A stretch of DNA of 64,000 nt, taken from NCBI GenBank assembly GCA_963765775.1, contig CAVXXQ010000007.1, positions 57,769-121,768 of the forward strand, given 5' to 3'. This stretch comes from an uncultured Alphaproteobacteria bacterium. GTDB lineage: Bacteria > Pseudomonadota > Alphaproteobacteria > Sphingomonadales > Sphingomonadaceae. This document shows, piece after piece, positions 28,414-38,909 of this stretch (position 1 is its first letter; each line of letters opens with the position of its first letter). The notes beneath the pieces are model-generated. The model did no database searches, was not told the DNA's origin, and saw nothing but the letters and a program-made list of their open reading frames with translations. The position numbers and the translations under genes are program-made.

Positions 28414-30251
28414 CGCCGCCCCTTCACGCCCTTCTCATCCTCGAACAGCTCGGCGAGCTGCTCCATGATCGTGCCGCCGAGCTGTTCGACATCCATGATC
28501 GTCACCGCGCGGCGGTAGTAGCGCGTCACATCGTGCCCGATGCCGATCGCCACCAGCTGCACCGGCGAGACCTTCTCGATCCACTCGATCACGCTGCGCA
28601 GGTGCGCCTCGAGATAGCCCGCCGAATTCACGCTCAGCGTCGAATCGTCAACCGGTGCGCCGTCACTGATCACCATCAGGATACGGCGTTCTTCGGGGCG
28701 GTAGAGCAGGCGGCTGTGCGCCCAGATCAGCGCCTCGCCGTCGATGTTTTCCTTCAGCAGCCCCTCGCGCATCATCAGGCCGAGATTGCGGCGCGCGCGG
28801 CGCCACGGCTCGTCGGCCTGTTTGTAGATGATGTGGCGCAGATCGTTGAGGCGGCCGGGGTTCGGTGTCTTGCCATCGGCGAGCCAGGCCTCGCGGCTTT
28901 GTCCGCCCTTCCATGCGCGGGTGGTGAAGCCGAGGATTTCGGTCTTGACCCCGCAACGCTCCAGCGTGCGCGCCAGAATGTCGGCACTGATCGCGGCGAT
29001 GCTGATCGGCCTCCCGCGCATCGAGCCTGAATTGTCGATCAGCAGGGTGACGATCGTGTCCTTGAACTCGACGTCGCGTTCGACCTTGTAGCTCAAGGCC
29101 GTGCCGGGCGAGATGACGACGCGGGCAAGGCGCGCGGCATCCAGCACGCCTTCCTCCATATCGAAATCCCAGCTCCGGTTCTGCTGCGCCATCAACCGGC
29201 GCTGCAAGCGGTTGGCGAGGCGCGTCACCACGCCCTGAAGGCCGGTCAGCTGGCTATCGAGATAGGCGCGCAATCGGTCGAGTTCCTCGGCGTCGCAAAG
29301 GTCGGGCGCGGCGACTTCCTCGTCGAATCGGGTGGTGAAAGCCTTGTAATCGACGCTGGCGGGAATTTCGGCCTGCGGGCGGTTGGGGCGCACGGGGGCG
29401 TTGGAGGCATCGCCTTCCTCGCCCGGTTCGCCTTCGGACATGTCGCCATCGGTTTCGGCTTCGGAGGATTGCTCGCCCTCGCCTTCGCCTTCGGCCATGT
29501 CGCCGGCCATTTCGGCCGATTGCGGATCGCCCTCGCCCTGGTTGTCGTCCTCGCCCTCGTTCTCGTCTTCGGGGCCATCCTCGTCGTCGGGCTCGTCGCT
29601 GTCGCCTTCGTCGGGCGCGTCGGTGGGCCGGGTGAGGTCAAGCTCGCGCAGCATGTCGAGCGCGAGCTTCTGGAAGGCCTGCTGGTCGGCGAGCTTTTCC
29701 GCCAGCGCGGCGAAATCCTTGCCGACCTTCTCTTCGAGGAAGTCGCGCACCAGCTCGATCCCGCCCTGCGCCTTGGCAGGCACCGCCTCGCCGGTCAGCG
29801 CCTCGCGTACCAGCAGCGCAAGCGCGGTCTGGAGCGGGACTTCGGAGGAATTCTGCGCGCGCACGATCTTGTCGGACGCTGTGCGCATTTCCGTCGCAGC
29901 GTCGAGATTGGCGCGGATGCCGCCGAAGCGGTTGGCGCCCAGCGCCTCGTAACGCACCTGCTCGATCGCGTCATAGCAGGCCCGCGCGATTGGTTCGGGC
30001 GGCGCGGATTTGGCGTGGAGCGCAGCGTTGTGGTGGCGCAGCTTCAGGGCGAACGAATCGGCGAAGCCGCGCGCTTCGGTGACCTGATCGGCGGGCAGAT
30101 CACGGCCCGGCAAGGGCACACGGAAGCGGTTACCCGCAGCGCCCGGCACATCCGCGCTCCACGCGACCTCGACCTCGGGATCGCGCGCAATCGCCCGCGA
30201 CGCGCCGGTCAAAGCCTGCTTGAGCAGATCGAGCGGGGACTGGTCAGCCAT
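28410..30251 (-). CDS. cobT: Cobaltochelatase subunit CobT (vWA domain)
   Basis: Acidic linker; LQRRLMAQQ; MIDAS DNSGSM; [30 protein letters not shown]. Confidence 0.94.
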   Translation of the reverse strand: MADQSPLDLLKQALTGASRAIARDPEVEVAWSADVPGAAGNRFRVPLPGRDLPADQVTEARGFADSFALKLRHHNAALHAKSAPPEPIARACYDAIEQVRYEALGANRFGGIRANLDAATEMRTASDKIVRAQNSSEVPLQTALALLVREALTGEAVPAKAQGGIELVRDFLEEKVGKDFAALAEKLADQQAFQKLALDMLRELDLTRPTDAPDEGDSDEPDDEDGPEDENEGEDDNQGEGDPQSAEMAGDMAEGEGEGEQSSEAETDGDMSEGEPGEEGDASNAPVRPNRPQAEIPASVDYKAFTTRFDEEVAAPDLCDAEELDRLRAYLDSQLTGLQGVVTRLANRLQRRLMAQQNRSWDFDMEEGVLDAARLARVVISPGTALSYKVERDVEFKDTIVTLLIDNSGSMRGRPISIAAISADILARTLERCGVKTEILGFTTRAWKGGQSREAWLADGKTPNPGRLNDLRHIIYKQADEPWRRARRNLGLMMREGLLKENIDGEALIWAHSRLLYRPEERRILMVISDGAPVDDSTLSVNSAGYLEAHLRSVIEWIEKVSPVQLVAIGIGHDVTRYYRRAVTIMDVEQLGGTIMEQLAELFEDEKGVKGRR

Positions 30252-30254
30252 GCG

Positions 30255-30908
30255 TTAGAGGATCGACTGGCCGGTCTTGGCCCAGTCAGCCATGAAGCCC
30301 TCGATGCCCTTGTCGGTCAGCACGTGCTTGAACAGATCGTGGATCACTTTGGGCGGCGCGGTCATGACGTCGGCCCCGATCTTGGCTGCCTGCAGCACGT
30401 GCATGGTGTGGCGCACCGACGCGACGAGGATTTCGGTCGAGAAATTGTAGTTGTCGTAGATCAGACGGATGTCCTCGATGAGGTCCATCCCGTCAAAGCC
30501 ATTGTCGTCATGCCGGCCGACGAACGGCGAGATGAAGCTCGCCCCCGCCTTGGCCGCGAGCAGCGCCTGATTTGCCGAGAAGCACAAGGTGACATTGACC
30601 ATCGTGCCTTCGCCTGTGAGCGCCTTGCAGGTTTTGAGGCCGTCGACCGTCAGCGGCACCTTGATGCAGACATTGTCGGCGATCTTGCGGAGGATTTCGG
30701 CCTCTTTCATCATCGTCGCGTGATCGAGCGCGACCACTTCGGCGCTGACCGGGCCATCGACCAGCTTGCAGATCTCGGCGGTGACTTCCTTGAAGTCCAA
30801 CCCCGACTTGGCAATCAGCGAGGGATTGGTGGTCACCCCGTCGAGCAGGCCGGTGGCGGCGAGTTCGCGGATCGGCTCGATCTCGGCGGTATCGACGAAG
30901 AATTTCAT
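30255..30908 (-). CDS. Transaldolase / fructose-6-phosphate aldolase family
   Basis: [20 protein letters not shown] Schiff-base Lys, SPFVGR, ASVRH. Confidence 0.94.
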   Translation of the reverse strand: MKFFVDTAEIEPIRELAATGLLDGVTTNPSLIAKSGLDFKEVTAEICKLVDGPVSAEVVALDHATMMKEAEILRKIADNVCIKVPLTVDGLKTCKALTGEGTMVNVTLCFSANQALLAAKAGASFISPFVGRHDDNGFDGMDLIEDIRLIYDNYNFSTEILVASVRHTMHVLQAAKIGADVMTAPPKVIHDLFKHVLTDKGIEGFMADWAKTGQSIL

Positions 30909-30966
30909 GGGTTCACTCCAGATTTTGCGATAGCCAGCGTGGCTCAGGCAGGCCTAGGGGGCGAGC

Positions 30967-31623
30967 GTGAAACGTTGGCCGATCAGATTTGCGATGCTGC
31001 TTGCCGCCACGATCGCAGCTTGGCAACCATCGAAAGCAATCGCGCAGGATGAAGACCTGCAATTGTGGCAGTACGCGAACTTGACCGGGGATCTCGACAA
31101 GAACACGCGGCTGACAATCGACCTGTCCCATCGCTGGCGCGAGGAAGCGCGCGGCGATGAACAGCAAACGATGCGCTTCACCATCGAACAGACTGTCGCC
31201 AGGGGCGTGCGTATCGGCGGCGGCGGGGCGGTGTTCGAGGCGGGCGGCGCAACCGAACTACGCCCGCACCAGCAGATCATCTTCGTGCAAGGCCGATTCG
31301 AAGCGCGCACCCGGCTGGAAGAACGGTTCTTTGACGCCGCGGACCGGATGGAACTGCGGCTGCGCCAGCGCGTGCAGTACAGCCAGCCGCTCGGCAAGGA
31401 TTGGCGCGGAAGTGTCGGCGGCGAGTGGCTAGGCCTGTTGCAGTCGCGCAATGACGGCCAGGGCGCATCGACCGAGCAATGGCGCGCGCAGGTGGGGATT
31501 GCCTACAAGGTGAGCAGCAGGATCGAGCTGGGCGCGAATTATTGGTTGCTGGTCTTCCCGCGCGGCGACCAGCCCGATCGCATCACCCACGTGCCGCAGA
31601 CGGTGGTTACTGTACGTTTCTAA
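30967..31623 (+). CDS. DUF2490-like outer-membrane beta-barrel protein
   Basis: Signal peptide, EDLQLW, ELRPHQQI, RTRLEERF, RLRQRV, C-terminal Phe. Confidence 0.75.
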   Translation: MKRWPIRFAMLLAATIAAWQPSKAIAQDEDLQLWQYANLTGDLDKNTRLTIDLSHRWREEARGDEQQTMRFTIEQTVARGVRIGGGGAVFEAGGATELRPHQQIIFVQGRFEARTRLEERFFDAADRMELRLRQRVQYSQPLGKDWRGSVGGEWLGLLQSRNDGQGASTEQWRAQVGIAYKVSSRIELGANYWLLVFPRGDQPDRITHVPQTVVTVRF

Positions 31624-32318
31624 ATTCGCGAGCCGAGCCCGAACACACCGATGATCGCCGGATCGCGGGTTGCACCGGGGTCGGCGCGGATCGCGGCTTC
31701 CTCGCGGCCGATCTCGCCCCAGATGGCGTTGTCGACCTCGCGTCCCACCCGGTCCGCGACGCCTGCGACATCGACACCGGTCAGGGCGTTCAAGGCTTCG
31801 CCGAGCAGCGGATCGCGGCTCACACGGAGCGCATCGCCGAGTTCAGGCACGACCGCATCGAGCAGCGCGGTGCCGACTTCCTCGCGCAAGTAGCTGCTGG
31901 CCGCAGTCGGTCCGCCGCGCACCAGCGCGATGGCGTTCTGGAAGCCGATCACCCGCACCGCGTCGGTCACCACCGGCGCGGCGCGGTAGCTGGCATCGAT
32001 CGCAAAGGTTGCGAACCGCTCTTCGAGCCGGTCCTTGACTAGCGACGAGGTGAGAATGCGCGACAGCACGTCGCCGCGCGTGCCCATCAGGTTGCTAAGG
32101 CCGATCCGCGCGACCTGTTCGTCCCAGTAGCCGCCCTGCGCGGTGAGGCGCGCAAAAGCGTTTTCGGATGCGAGCATCAGCATCCGCCGCACCGCTTCTT
32201 CAAGGCTGAAACCCCCACCGGTGCCCACGCACCCCGGCAGCATCAAAAGGGCGCCTGCGCCCGCGGCTCCGGCGAGCAGGCTGCGGCGGCTGGTGGCCTG
32301 GTTTACAATTGCAGTCAT
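31620..32318 (-). CDS. DUF4197-like lipoprotein
   Basis: RRSLL leader with LMLPGC lipobox; GPTAASSYL and EEAAIRADP. Confidence 0.75.
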   Translation of the reverse strand: MTAIVNQATSRRSLLAGAAGAGALLMLPGCVGTGGGFSLEEAVRRMLMLASENAFARLTAQGGYWDEQVARIGLSNLMGTRGDVLSRILTSSLVKDRLEERFATFAIDASYRAAPVVTDAVRVIGFQNAIALVRGGPTAASSYLREEVGTALLDAVVPELGDALRVSRDPLLGEALNALTGVDVAGVADRVGREVDNAIWGEIGREEAAIRADPGATRDPAIIGVFGLGSRI

Positions 32319-32374
32319 TGTTCGTGCCTTTCAATCTTGCCGTACCGCTATGCGGCTCTCCATATAGCGCCAAC

Positions 32375-34543
32375 ATGAACCGCGTTCGCCTTCTTGTCCT
32401 CAATGCTGCGTTGGGCGCACTCGATTACCGCCTGCCGGAAGGTGTGAGCGCGCCTGCGGGAAGTGTGGTGGTCGCGCCGCTGGGGCCGCGCAAGGTGATG
32501 GGGATCGTCTGGGACGAGGGACGGTTGCCGGGCGACGAAATCGCTTTCGAGCGGCTGCGGCCGATCACCGAGGTGCTCTCCGTCCCTCCGCTCCCAGCGC
32601 CGCTGCGGCGGCTGATCGAGTGGACGGCAGATTATTACTGCGCCCCGCTCGCCAGCGTCGCGCGGATGGCGCTGGCCAGCGGCGGGGCGCTCGGCGGCCC
32701 TGCGACCATGACCGAATACCGGCTGACCGGCGCCGAGGCTGCGGGCCGCCTCACCGCACAGCGCAAGACCGCGATGGAGAAGCTCGCTGGCCAGCAGGGC
32801 ACGATGCGCGAACTTGCGGGTCTTGCCGGGGTCTCGGAAGGCGTGCTGCGCGGGATGGCGGGAGCCGGTCTGATCGGGCCGGTGACAGTGCAGATCGACC
32901 GCTCATACCCCGCCGCCAAGCCCGATTTTCACCAGCCCGATCTTTCACCGGTCCAAAGCGAGGTGGCCGCGCAGTTTGTGGAGGCGGTGAAGGCGCGGGC
33001 CTTTGCGCCGTTCCTACTCGACGGCGTGACGGGCTCCGGCAAGACCGAGACCTATTTCGAGCCCGTCGCCGCCGCAATCCGCGCCGGGCGGCAGGTGCTG
33101 GTGCTACTGCCCGAAATCGCGCTCACCGAAAACTTCCTCGCCCGCTTCGCCGCCCGCTTTGGCGCAGCGCCGGTGCTGTGGCACTCCTCGCTGCGCTCCA
33201 CCGAGCGGCGCCGCGCGTGGCGGGCGATAGCGGAAGGCTCGGCGCAGGTCGTGGTCGGCGCACGCTCGGCGCTGTTCCTGCCCTATGCGAACCTCGGGTT
33301 GATCGTGGTCGACGAGGCGCACGAGATCAGCTTCAAGCAAGACGACGGCGTGCGCTACAATGCCCGCGACGTCGCCGTGATGCGGGCGCGCTTCGAGTCC
33401 ATCCCGGTGATCCTCGCCAGCGCCACCCCCGCGCTCGAAAGCCTGCACATGGCGAGCCAGGGCATCTACACCAAGCTCGACCTGCCCAGCCGCTTTGGCG
33501 GGGCGAGCCTGCCGACGGTAAAGCTCGTCAACCTCACCGAGGAAAAGCCGGGAAGCGGGCGCTGGCTGGCCGGGCCACTGGTCGAGGGCCTGCGCGATCG
33601 GCTGGCGAAGGGCGAGCAGTCGCTGCTGTTCCTGAACCGCCGCGGCTATGCGCCGCTGACGCTGTGCCGCAATTGCGGGCACCGCTTCAAATGTCCCTCG
33701 TGCAGCGCGTGGCTGGTCGAGCACCGCCTGTCCGCGCGGCTCGCCTGCCACCATTGCGGCTTCGAGACGCGGGTGCCCGAGGCTTGCCCCGAATGCGGCG
33801 AAACCGACTGCCTCGTCGCCTGCGGGCCGGGGGTGGAGCGGATCGCGGCGGAAGTGGCCGACCTGTTCCCCGAGGCACGGGTGGCGGTTGCCACATCCGA
33901 TACCCTCAACACGCCCGAGCGCGCCGCCGAGTTCATCGCGATGGCGGAAGGGCGCGCGATTGACATCATCATCGGCACGCAGCTTGTGACCAAGGGCTTC
34001 CACTTCCCCGAACTGACGCTGGTGGGCGTGGTCGATGCCGACCTTGGCCTCGAAGGGGGCGATCTGCGCGCGGGGGAACGCACCTTCTCGCAGATTGCGC
34101 AGGTCGCCGGACGCGCGGGGCGCGGGGCCAAGCCGGGCGAGGTGCTGATCCAGACACGCCACCCCGATGCCCCCGTCATCGCCGCACTGGCTGACGGCGA
34201 CCGCGACGCCTTCTATGCTGCCGAGACCGAGGGCCGCCGCGATGCCGGCGCGCCGCCATTCGGGCGCTGGGCGGCGATTATCCTTTCCAGCGAGGACGAG
34301 CGCGAGGCGCGCGAGGCGGCGATGCGGCTCGGCGATGTTCGCCCGCGCCTGGCCGATGTGCAGATCCTCGGCCCTGCCCCTGCGCCGCTGGCGCTATTGA
34401 GGGGCCGCTACCGCTACCGCTTCCTTGTGAACGCCAAGCGCAGCGCGAACCTGCAGGCGGTGCTGCGCGACTGGATCGCGGGGGTGAACTTCGCCCCCGG
34501 CGTGCGGGTCGGCGTGGATATCGATCCCTATTCCTTCGTCTGA
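32375..34543 (+). CDS. priA: Primosomal protein N'
   Basis: GVTGSGKTE, VLLPEIAL, DEAHE, LNRRGYAP, four CxxC, GTQLVTKG, QVAGRAGR; start re-picked at ATG 32375. Confidence 0.97.
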   Translation: MNRVRLLVLNAALGALDYRLPEGVSAPAGSVVVAPLGPRKVMGIVWDEGRLPGDEIAFERLRPITEVLSVPPLPAPLRRLIEWTADYYCAPLASVARMALASGGALGGPATMTEYRLTGAEAAGRLTAQRKTAMEKLAGQQGTMRELAGLAGVSEGVLRGMAGAGLIGPVTVQIDRSYPAAKPDFHQPDLSPVQSEVAAQFVEAVKARAFAPFLLDGVTGSGKTETYFEPVAAAIRAGRQVLVLLPEIALTENFLARFAARFGAAPVLWHSSLRSTERRRAWRAIAEGSAQVVVGARSALFLPYANLGLIVVDEAHEISFKQDDGVRYNARDVAVMRARFESIPVILASATPALESLHMASQGIYTKLDLPSRFGGASLPTVKLVNLTEEKPGSGRWLAGPLVEGLRDRLAKGEQSLLFLNRRGYAPLTLCRNCGHRFKCPSCSAWLVEHRLSARLACHHCGFETRVPEACPECGETDCLVACGPGVERIAAEVADLFPEARVAVATSDTLNTPERAAEFIAMAEGRAIDIIIGTQLVTKGFHFPELTLVGVVDADLGLEGGDLRAGERTFSQIAQVAGRAGRGAKPGEVLIQTRHPDAPVIAALADGDRDAFYAAETEGRRDAGAPPFGRWAAIILSSEDEREAREAAMRLGDVRPRLADVQILGPAPAPLALLRGRYRYRFLVNAKRSANLQAVLRDWIAGVNFAPGVRVGVDIDPYSFV

Positions 34544-34579
34544 CGAAACCAAACGGGGCGCCTGCGCGTAACCCTGCGC

Positions 34580-36136
34580 ATGACCCGTCCCATCCTCGTT
34601 CCGATCCTTGGCGACCAACTGTCGCGCAATCTCTCCAGCCGTGGAGGCCTCACCCCGGACGAAGCCGTCATCCTGATGATGGAGGTGTGGGACGAGGCGA
34701 CCTATGTGAAGCACCACAAGCAGAAGATCGTGCTGATCTTCTCGGCGATGCGTCACTTCGCCGAAGAACTTCGCGCCGAGGGCTGGCAGGTCGATTACGT
34801 GCGCCTCGATGATCCCGCCAACACCGGCAGTTTCACCGGCGAGGTCGCGCGTGCGGCCGAGCGCCACGCGCCGTCCGAAATCCGCGTCACCGAAAGCGGC
34901 GAGTGGCGCGTGCACAATGCCATGCTGGAATGGGAGGGCCGCTTCCCCTGCCCCGTGTCGATCCTCCCCGACACGCGCTTCATCGCCGCCCACGCCGAGT
35001 TCCGCGCCTTTGCAGACGGGCGCAAGCACCTGACGATGGAGTACTTCTACCGCGAGATGCGCCGCAAGACCGGGCTGCTGATGGAGGGCGACAAGCCCAC
35101 AGGCGGCGTCTGGAATCTCGACGCCGAAAACCGCGAGCCGCCCAAGGCTGGCATGGCCGCGCCGCCCACCCCCAAGTTTCCGCCCGATGCGATCACGCAG
35201 GAGGTCATCGCATTGGTGGGGACGCGCTTTGCCGATCACTTCGGCGACCTTGAACCGTTCGGGTGGCCCGTCACCCGCGCGCAGGCTTTGGAGGCTGCCG
35301 AGGCCTTCTTCGCCCGCCGACTGAGCCTCTTCGGCCCCTATCAGGACGCGATGGTTCATGGGGAGGACGACCTCTACCACTCGATGCTCTCGACCAGCCT
35401 CAACTGCGGGTTGCTGGACCCGCTCGAACTGTGCCACGAGGCCGAGGCTCGTTACCGGTCAGGCCACGCGCCTTTGAATTCTGTCGAGGGTTTCATCCGC
35501 CAGATCATCGGCTGGCGCGAATATGTGCGCGGCTTTTACTGGCACCAGATGCCGGGGCTGTCCGAGGCCAACGAATTGGGCGCGCACCGCCCGCTCCCCG
35601 AGTTCTTCTGGACCGGCAAAACCGACATGCGCTGCCTGTCCGACTGCATCCGCACCACCCGCGAGGACGCGCACGCGCACCACATTCAGCGGCTGATGGT
35701 GCTCGGCAATTTCTGCCTGATCGCCGGGATCGACCCGCAGCAGGTCGCCGACTGGTATCTCGCCGTCTATGCCGATGCCTATGAATGGGTCGAGCTTCCC
35801 AATGTCGCCGGCATGGTGCTCTATGCCGATGGCGGCCGCCTCGCGACCAAGCCCTATGCGGCGTCCGGCAATTACATCAACAAGATGAGCAATTACTGCG
35901 GCAAATGCCGTTACAAGGTCGCCCAGAAGACCGGGCCGAACGCCTGCCCCTTCAACCCGCTCTACTGGGACTTCATGGTCAAAAACCGCGCCAAGCTGGA
36001 GAGCAACCACCGCATCGGACGCATCTACGGCACCTGGGACCGGATGGCCGAGGACAAGCGCGCGGAGTACCTGGAGAGCGCGGAAGCGTTCCTCGACAGC
36101 CTTGTCCCCGCTGCGTCAGGCTGGGCGCGGGGCTAG
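34580..36136 (+). CDS. Fe-S cryptochrome/(6-4) photolyase (PhrB/CryB clade)
   Basis: ILGDQL, HHKQKI, MEYFYREMR, GWREY, HHIQRLM, WVELPN; Cys in MRCL, YCGKCRY, ACPFN. Confidence 0.92.
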   Translation: MTRPILVPILGDQLSRNLSSRGGLTPDEAVILMMEVWDEATYVKHHKQKIVLIFSAMRHFAEELRAEGWQVDYVRLDDPANTGSFTGEVARAAERHAPSEIRVTESGEWRVHNAMLEWEGRFPCPVSILPDTRFIAAHAEFRAFADGRKHLTMEYFYREMRRKTGLLMEGDKPTGGVWNLDAENREPPKAGMAAPPTPKFPPDAITQEVIALVGTRFADHFGDLEPFGWPVTRAQALEAAEAFFARRLSLFGPYQDAMVHGEDDLYHSMLSTSLNCGLLDPLELCHEAEARYRSGHAPLNSVEGFIRQIIGWREYVRGFYWHQMPGLSEANELGAHRPLPEFFWTGKTDMRCLSDCIRTTREDAHAHHIQRLMVLGNFCLIAGIDPQQVADWYLAVYADAYEWVELPNVAGMVLYADGGRLATKPYAASGNYINKMSNYCGKCRYKVAQKTGPNACPFNPLYWDFMVKNRAKLESNHRIGRIYGTWDRMAEDKRAEYLESAEAFLDSLVPAASGWARG

Positions 36137-37023
36137 GTAGCAGCGCGCCGGCGGCGGACCCACCAAGGCGCCATCACCTCGCCCTTGTCGTAGGCGCGCT
36201 TGACCAGCCACACGCCGAAGCTGCCTGCCACTACAAGCGCGATCACCGAAGCCTCAAGCCCGAACGCGCCGCCGGAGATCAGCGGATCGCCGACCAGCCG
36301 CGCATCGACCAGCCCGTCGACCGCGTGGCCTGAAACCGGCACGTCCCACACCAGGCCCTGCGTCATGTTCCAGCCGAAGTGGAGCCCGATCGGCACCCAC
36401 AGCGAGCGGGTCAGCATGTAGGCCCCGCCCAGCATCACACCCGCCTCGATCGCGATCGCCACCGAGGAGAACCAGCTCGCGTTGTCATTGCCGATATGGC
36501 CAAGGCCGAACAGCGCCGAGGTCACGAACAGCGCGGCCCAGCTGCCGGCGAATTCCTCGATCCAGCGGAACAGGATTCCGCGAAAGATCAGCTCCTCGAT
36601 GAAGCCTGCGCCGACCCCTCCAGCGAACAGGATGAACACCCAGTTGTCCAAGCCGCCCCAGCCGACAATGCGGTAAGACCCGAACAGCGCAGCCAAGCCG
36701 ACGACCGCGCTGAACAGCACGAAGGCGGCTGCGGTTCCGAGCAGCAGGCCCCGGGCCGCTCCGGCCAAGGGCAGATCGTCATGTCGCCGCTCTCCCAGAC
36801 GCCGGATCGCCAGCTTGTAGATTGCGATCAGCGCCCCGATGGCGAGCACTGTGTTCACGGGGTTGGCGATATCCCGCCCGAGCCAGTCCTTGAACGGCTG
36901 CAGCGTCAGTGTGGCTCCCGCGAGCACAGCGACGACCAGCGCCAGCGCGACGAGCATCGCGACCAGCGGGAAGTTCCAGATCCGCTTCCACAGCGGCTGC
37001 AGCAGAGTCTGTTCGGCGTCCAT
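36133..37023 (-). CDS. CPBP family intramembrane metalloprotease
   Basis: EELIFRG, FGLGH, HFGWN; multiple TM segments. Confidence 0.92.
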   Translation of the reverse strand: MDAEQTLLQPLWKRIWNFPLVAMLVALALVVAVLAGATLTLQPFKDWLGRDIANPVNTVLAIGALIAIYKLAIRRLGERRHDDLPLAGAARGLLLGTAAAFVLFSAVVGLAALFGSYRIVGWGGLDNWVFILFAGGVGAGFIEELIFRGILFRWIEEFAGSWAALFVTSALFGLGHIGNDNASWFSSVAIAIEAGVMLGGAYMLTRSLWVPIGLHFGWNMTQGLVWDVPVSGHAVDGLVDARLVGDPLISGGAFGLEASVIALVVAGSFGVWLVKRAYDKGEVMAPWWVRRRRAAT

Positions 37024-37122
37024 GATCTGCGGTGCTCCCCCAAAGTTGCACCGAAAGGATGGCGCACCGCCGCGCCATTGGCTAGGTCTTGGGGAACACT
37101 AATCGACGAAAGAGCCGACACC

Positions 37123-37758
37123 ATGCTGACCATCCACCACCTGCGCCTGTCGCAATCCGAACGCATCGTCTGGCTCGCCGAGGAGATGGGGCTTGATTAC
37201 GAGTGCAAGCTCTACAACCGCCGCACCGACAACCGCCTCGCTCCCGACGAGTACAAGGCGCTGCATCCGATGGGCATTGCGCCGGTCATCACCGACGGCG
37301 ATCTCGTGCTGGGCGAGAGCGGCGCGATCATGGATTACATCATCGCCAAGTACGCGCCCGATACGGCGCTGGTGCCGGGCGTGGATCACCCCGACTTCAC
37401 CGACCACCTGTTCTACCTCCACTGGGCCAACGCGACCTTCATGACCAACGGCATGATGGCGCTGGTGGCGCAGTTCATGGGCGCCAAGGAGCTTCCCCCC
37501 TTTGTCGCCGACCGGGTACAGAAGGGCTGGGCGATTGTCGAAAAGCGGCTGGGCGAGGCGGAGTATTTCGGCGGATCGCAGCTCACCACCGCCGACATCA
37601 TGATGGGCTTCCAGCTCACCACCAGCCGCGCGATGAGCGGGTCAAACATCGAGGGCATGCCAAACCTGCAAGCGTACCTGAAGCGGATTGGCGAGCGGCC
37701 TGCGTACAGGGAAGCGATGGCCAAGTGCGAACCGGGGATGCCGCCGAAGCTGGATTGA
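37123..37758 (+). CDS. Glutathione S-transferase family protein
   Basis: MLTIHHLRLSQSERIVW, HPMGIAPVI, ESGAI, TADIMM; start re-picked at ATG 37123. Confidence 0.93.
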   Translation: MLTIHHLRLSQSERIVWLAEEMGLDYECKLYNRRTDNRLAPDEYKALHPMGIAPVITDGDLVLGESGAIMDYIIAKYAPDTALVPGVDHPDFTDHLFYLHWANATFMTNGMMALVAQFMGAKELPPFVADRVQKGWAIVEKRLGEAEYFGGSQLTTADIMMGFQLTTSRAMSGSNIEGMPNLQAYLKRIGERPAYREAMAKCEPGMPPKLD

Positions 37759-37769
37759 GGGTCGCGCAG

Positions 37770-37856
37770 GCCCACCCCTAACCCCTCCCGCAGGCGGGAG
37801 GGGGACCGGAGACGCTGCTACTCCCCTCCCGCCTGCGGGAGGGGCTGGGGGTGGGC
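37770..37856. repeat. REP-like inverted repeat (type D)
   Basis: GCCCACCCCTAACCCCTCCCGCAGGCGGGAGGGG ... CCCCTCCCGCCTGCGGGAGGGGCTGGGGGTGGGC between convergent genes. Confidence 0.88.
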
Positions 37857-37885
37857 GTTTCCTTAATTTCGGACGGCCAGCCGCT

Positions 37886-38812
37886 CTACTTGCCCGGCAC
37901 GTTGATCTTCACCGCCTTGCCCTCGCCCAGAACGGCAGCGAAGATCGTCAGGCCGTTCCGCAGCTTCGCGGCTTTCAGCGCATCGAACTGGGCATCGAAG
38001 GCCGCGCCGGAGAGCGAGCGGTTTACCCGAAAATCGCCCATCCGATAGACCGACGCCGCCTTGCCGTCGAAGATCACCAGCTTGTCGCTGCTGCCGAACA
38101 GCAAGGCCGCGTTGACGGCGTCCTGCGCGCTGGCAAACCGGTTCACGGCGAACGTCCGGGCGAAATCGATGTTCTTGTTCGCTTGCGCAAAGGCCTCTGC
38201 GCGCGGGTTGTTTTCCGCCAGCACCGAATAGAGCAGACCATCGTTGATCTTTGTCCCCACGAGGGGGTTTCCGGCGTCACTTTCCTCGAGGTGGAGGGAA
38301 TCGTATTGGCCGATGGTAAGCATGATCGGAATGGGATCGCAGTCGCGCTTGCGGGGAAACCACGTTGCGGCCAGCTTGCTGCGCATGTCATCGATCATCG
38401 CCCGCTCACGTGCCTTGCGTTCGGGATCAGACAGCTTGGCGCCGGGATTGGCCGTGCGCCAGTCCTGATTGGTCTTGAAAGGCTGATCGATGCCTGCCCG
38501 CTCAAGGGTCGTCATCGAGTAGGTTACCGGTTTTGCCGGATCACAACGGGAATTCAGATAGACCAGCTCCGCGCCCTTGCGCAGCGTCTGGTTTTGTACA
38601 TTTCCACGCGAACTTTCCAAGATCGTATTCAAGTCTCTGAAATACGTTGTGAACACGCCGTTAGCGCCAACATGGGTCCACGGCCTCAACTCCTCTGCAG
38701 CGGTTTGCGGTTGAACGGCGGGCGTTTGCTGCGCTCCAGCCGGAGCCAAGGCGCTCAATGCCATCGCGGCGCTGGGCGCCAAGCCAGTCATGGAAAGCGA
38801 AATTCTGTTCAC
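37886..38812 (-). CDS. Hypothetical secreted protein (about 300 aa)
   Basis: Ala-rich signal ending AGA-QQ; AT-richer 5' half; no family recognised with confidence. Confidence 0.7.
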   Translation of the reverse strand: MNRISLSMTGLAPSAAMALSALAPAGAQQTPAVQPQTAAEELRPWTHVGANGVFTTYFRDLNTILESSRGNVQNQTLRKGAELVYLNSRCDPAKPVTYSMTTLERAGIDQPFKTNQDWRTANPGAKLSDPERKARERAMIDDMRSKLAATWFPRKRDCDPIPIMLTIGQYDSLHLEESDAGNPLVGTKINDGLLYSVLAENNPRAEAFAQANKNIDFARTFAVNRFASAQDAVNAALLFGSSDKLVIFDGKAASVYRMGDFRVNRSLSGAAFDAQFDALKAAKLRNGLTIFAAVLGEGKAVKINVPGK

Positions 38813-38909
38813 CTGATACCCCCGAGCATGGACGATCGCCTGGCCAGCCCGGCGCCGGCACCGGAATTGGCTCTTGCGTCCCTAGCCCCCATAACAATTC
38901 TACAGCCGC

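Noticed and set aside
29380-29620. Low-complexity acidic tract in cobT
   Set aside because: Normal Asp/Glu-rich linker of CobT proteins, not a DNA repeat element
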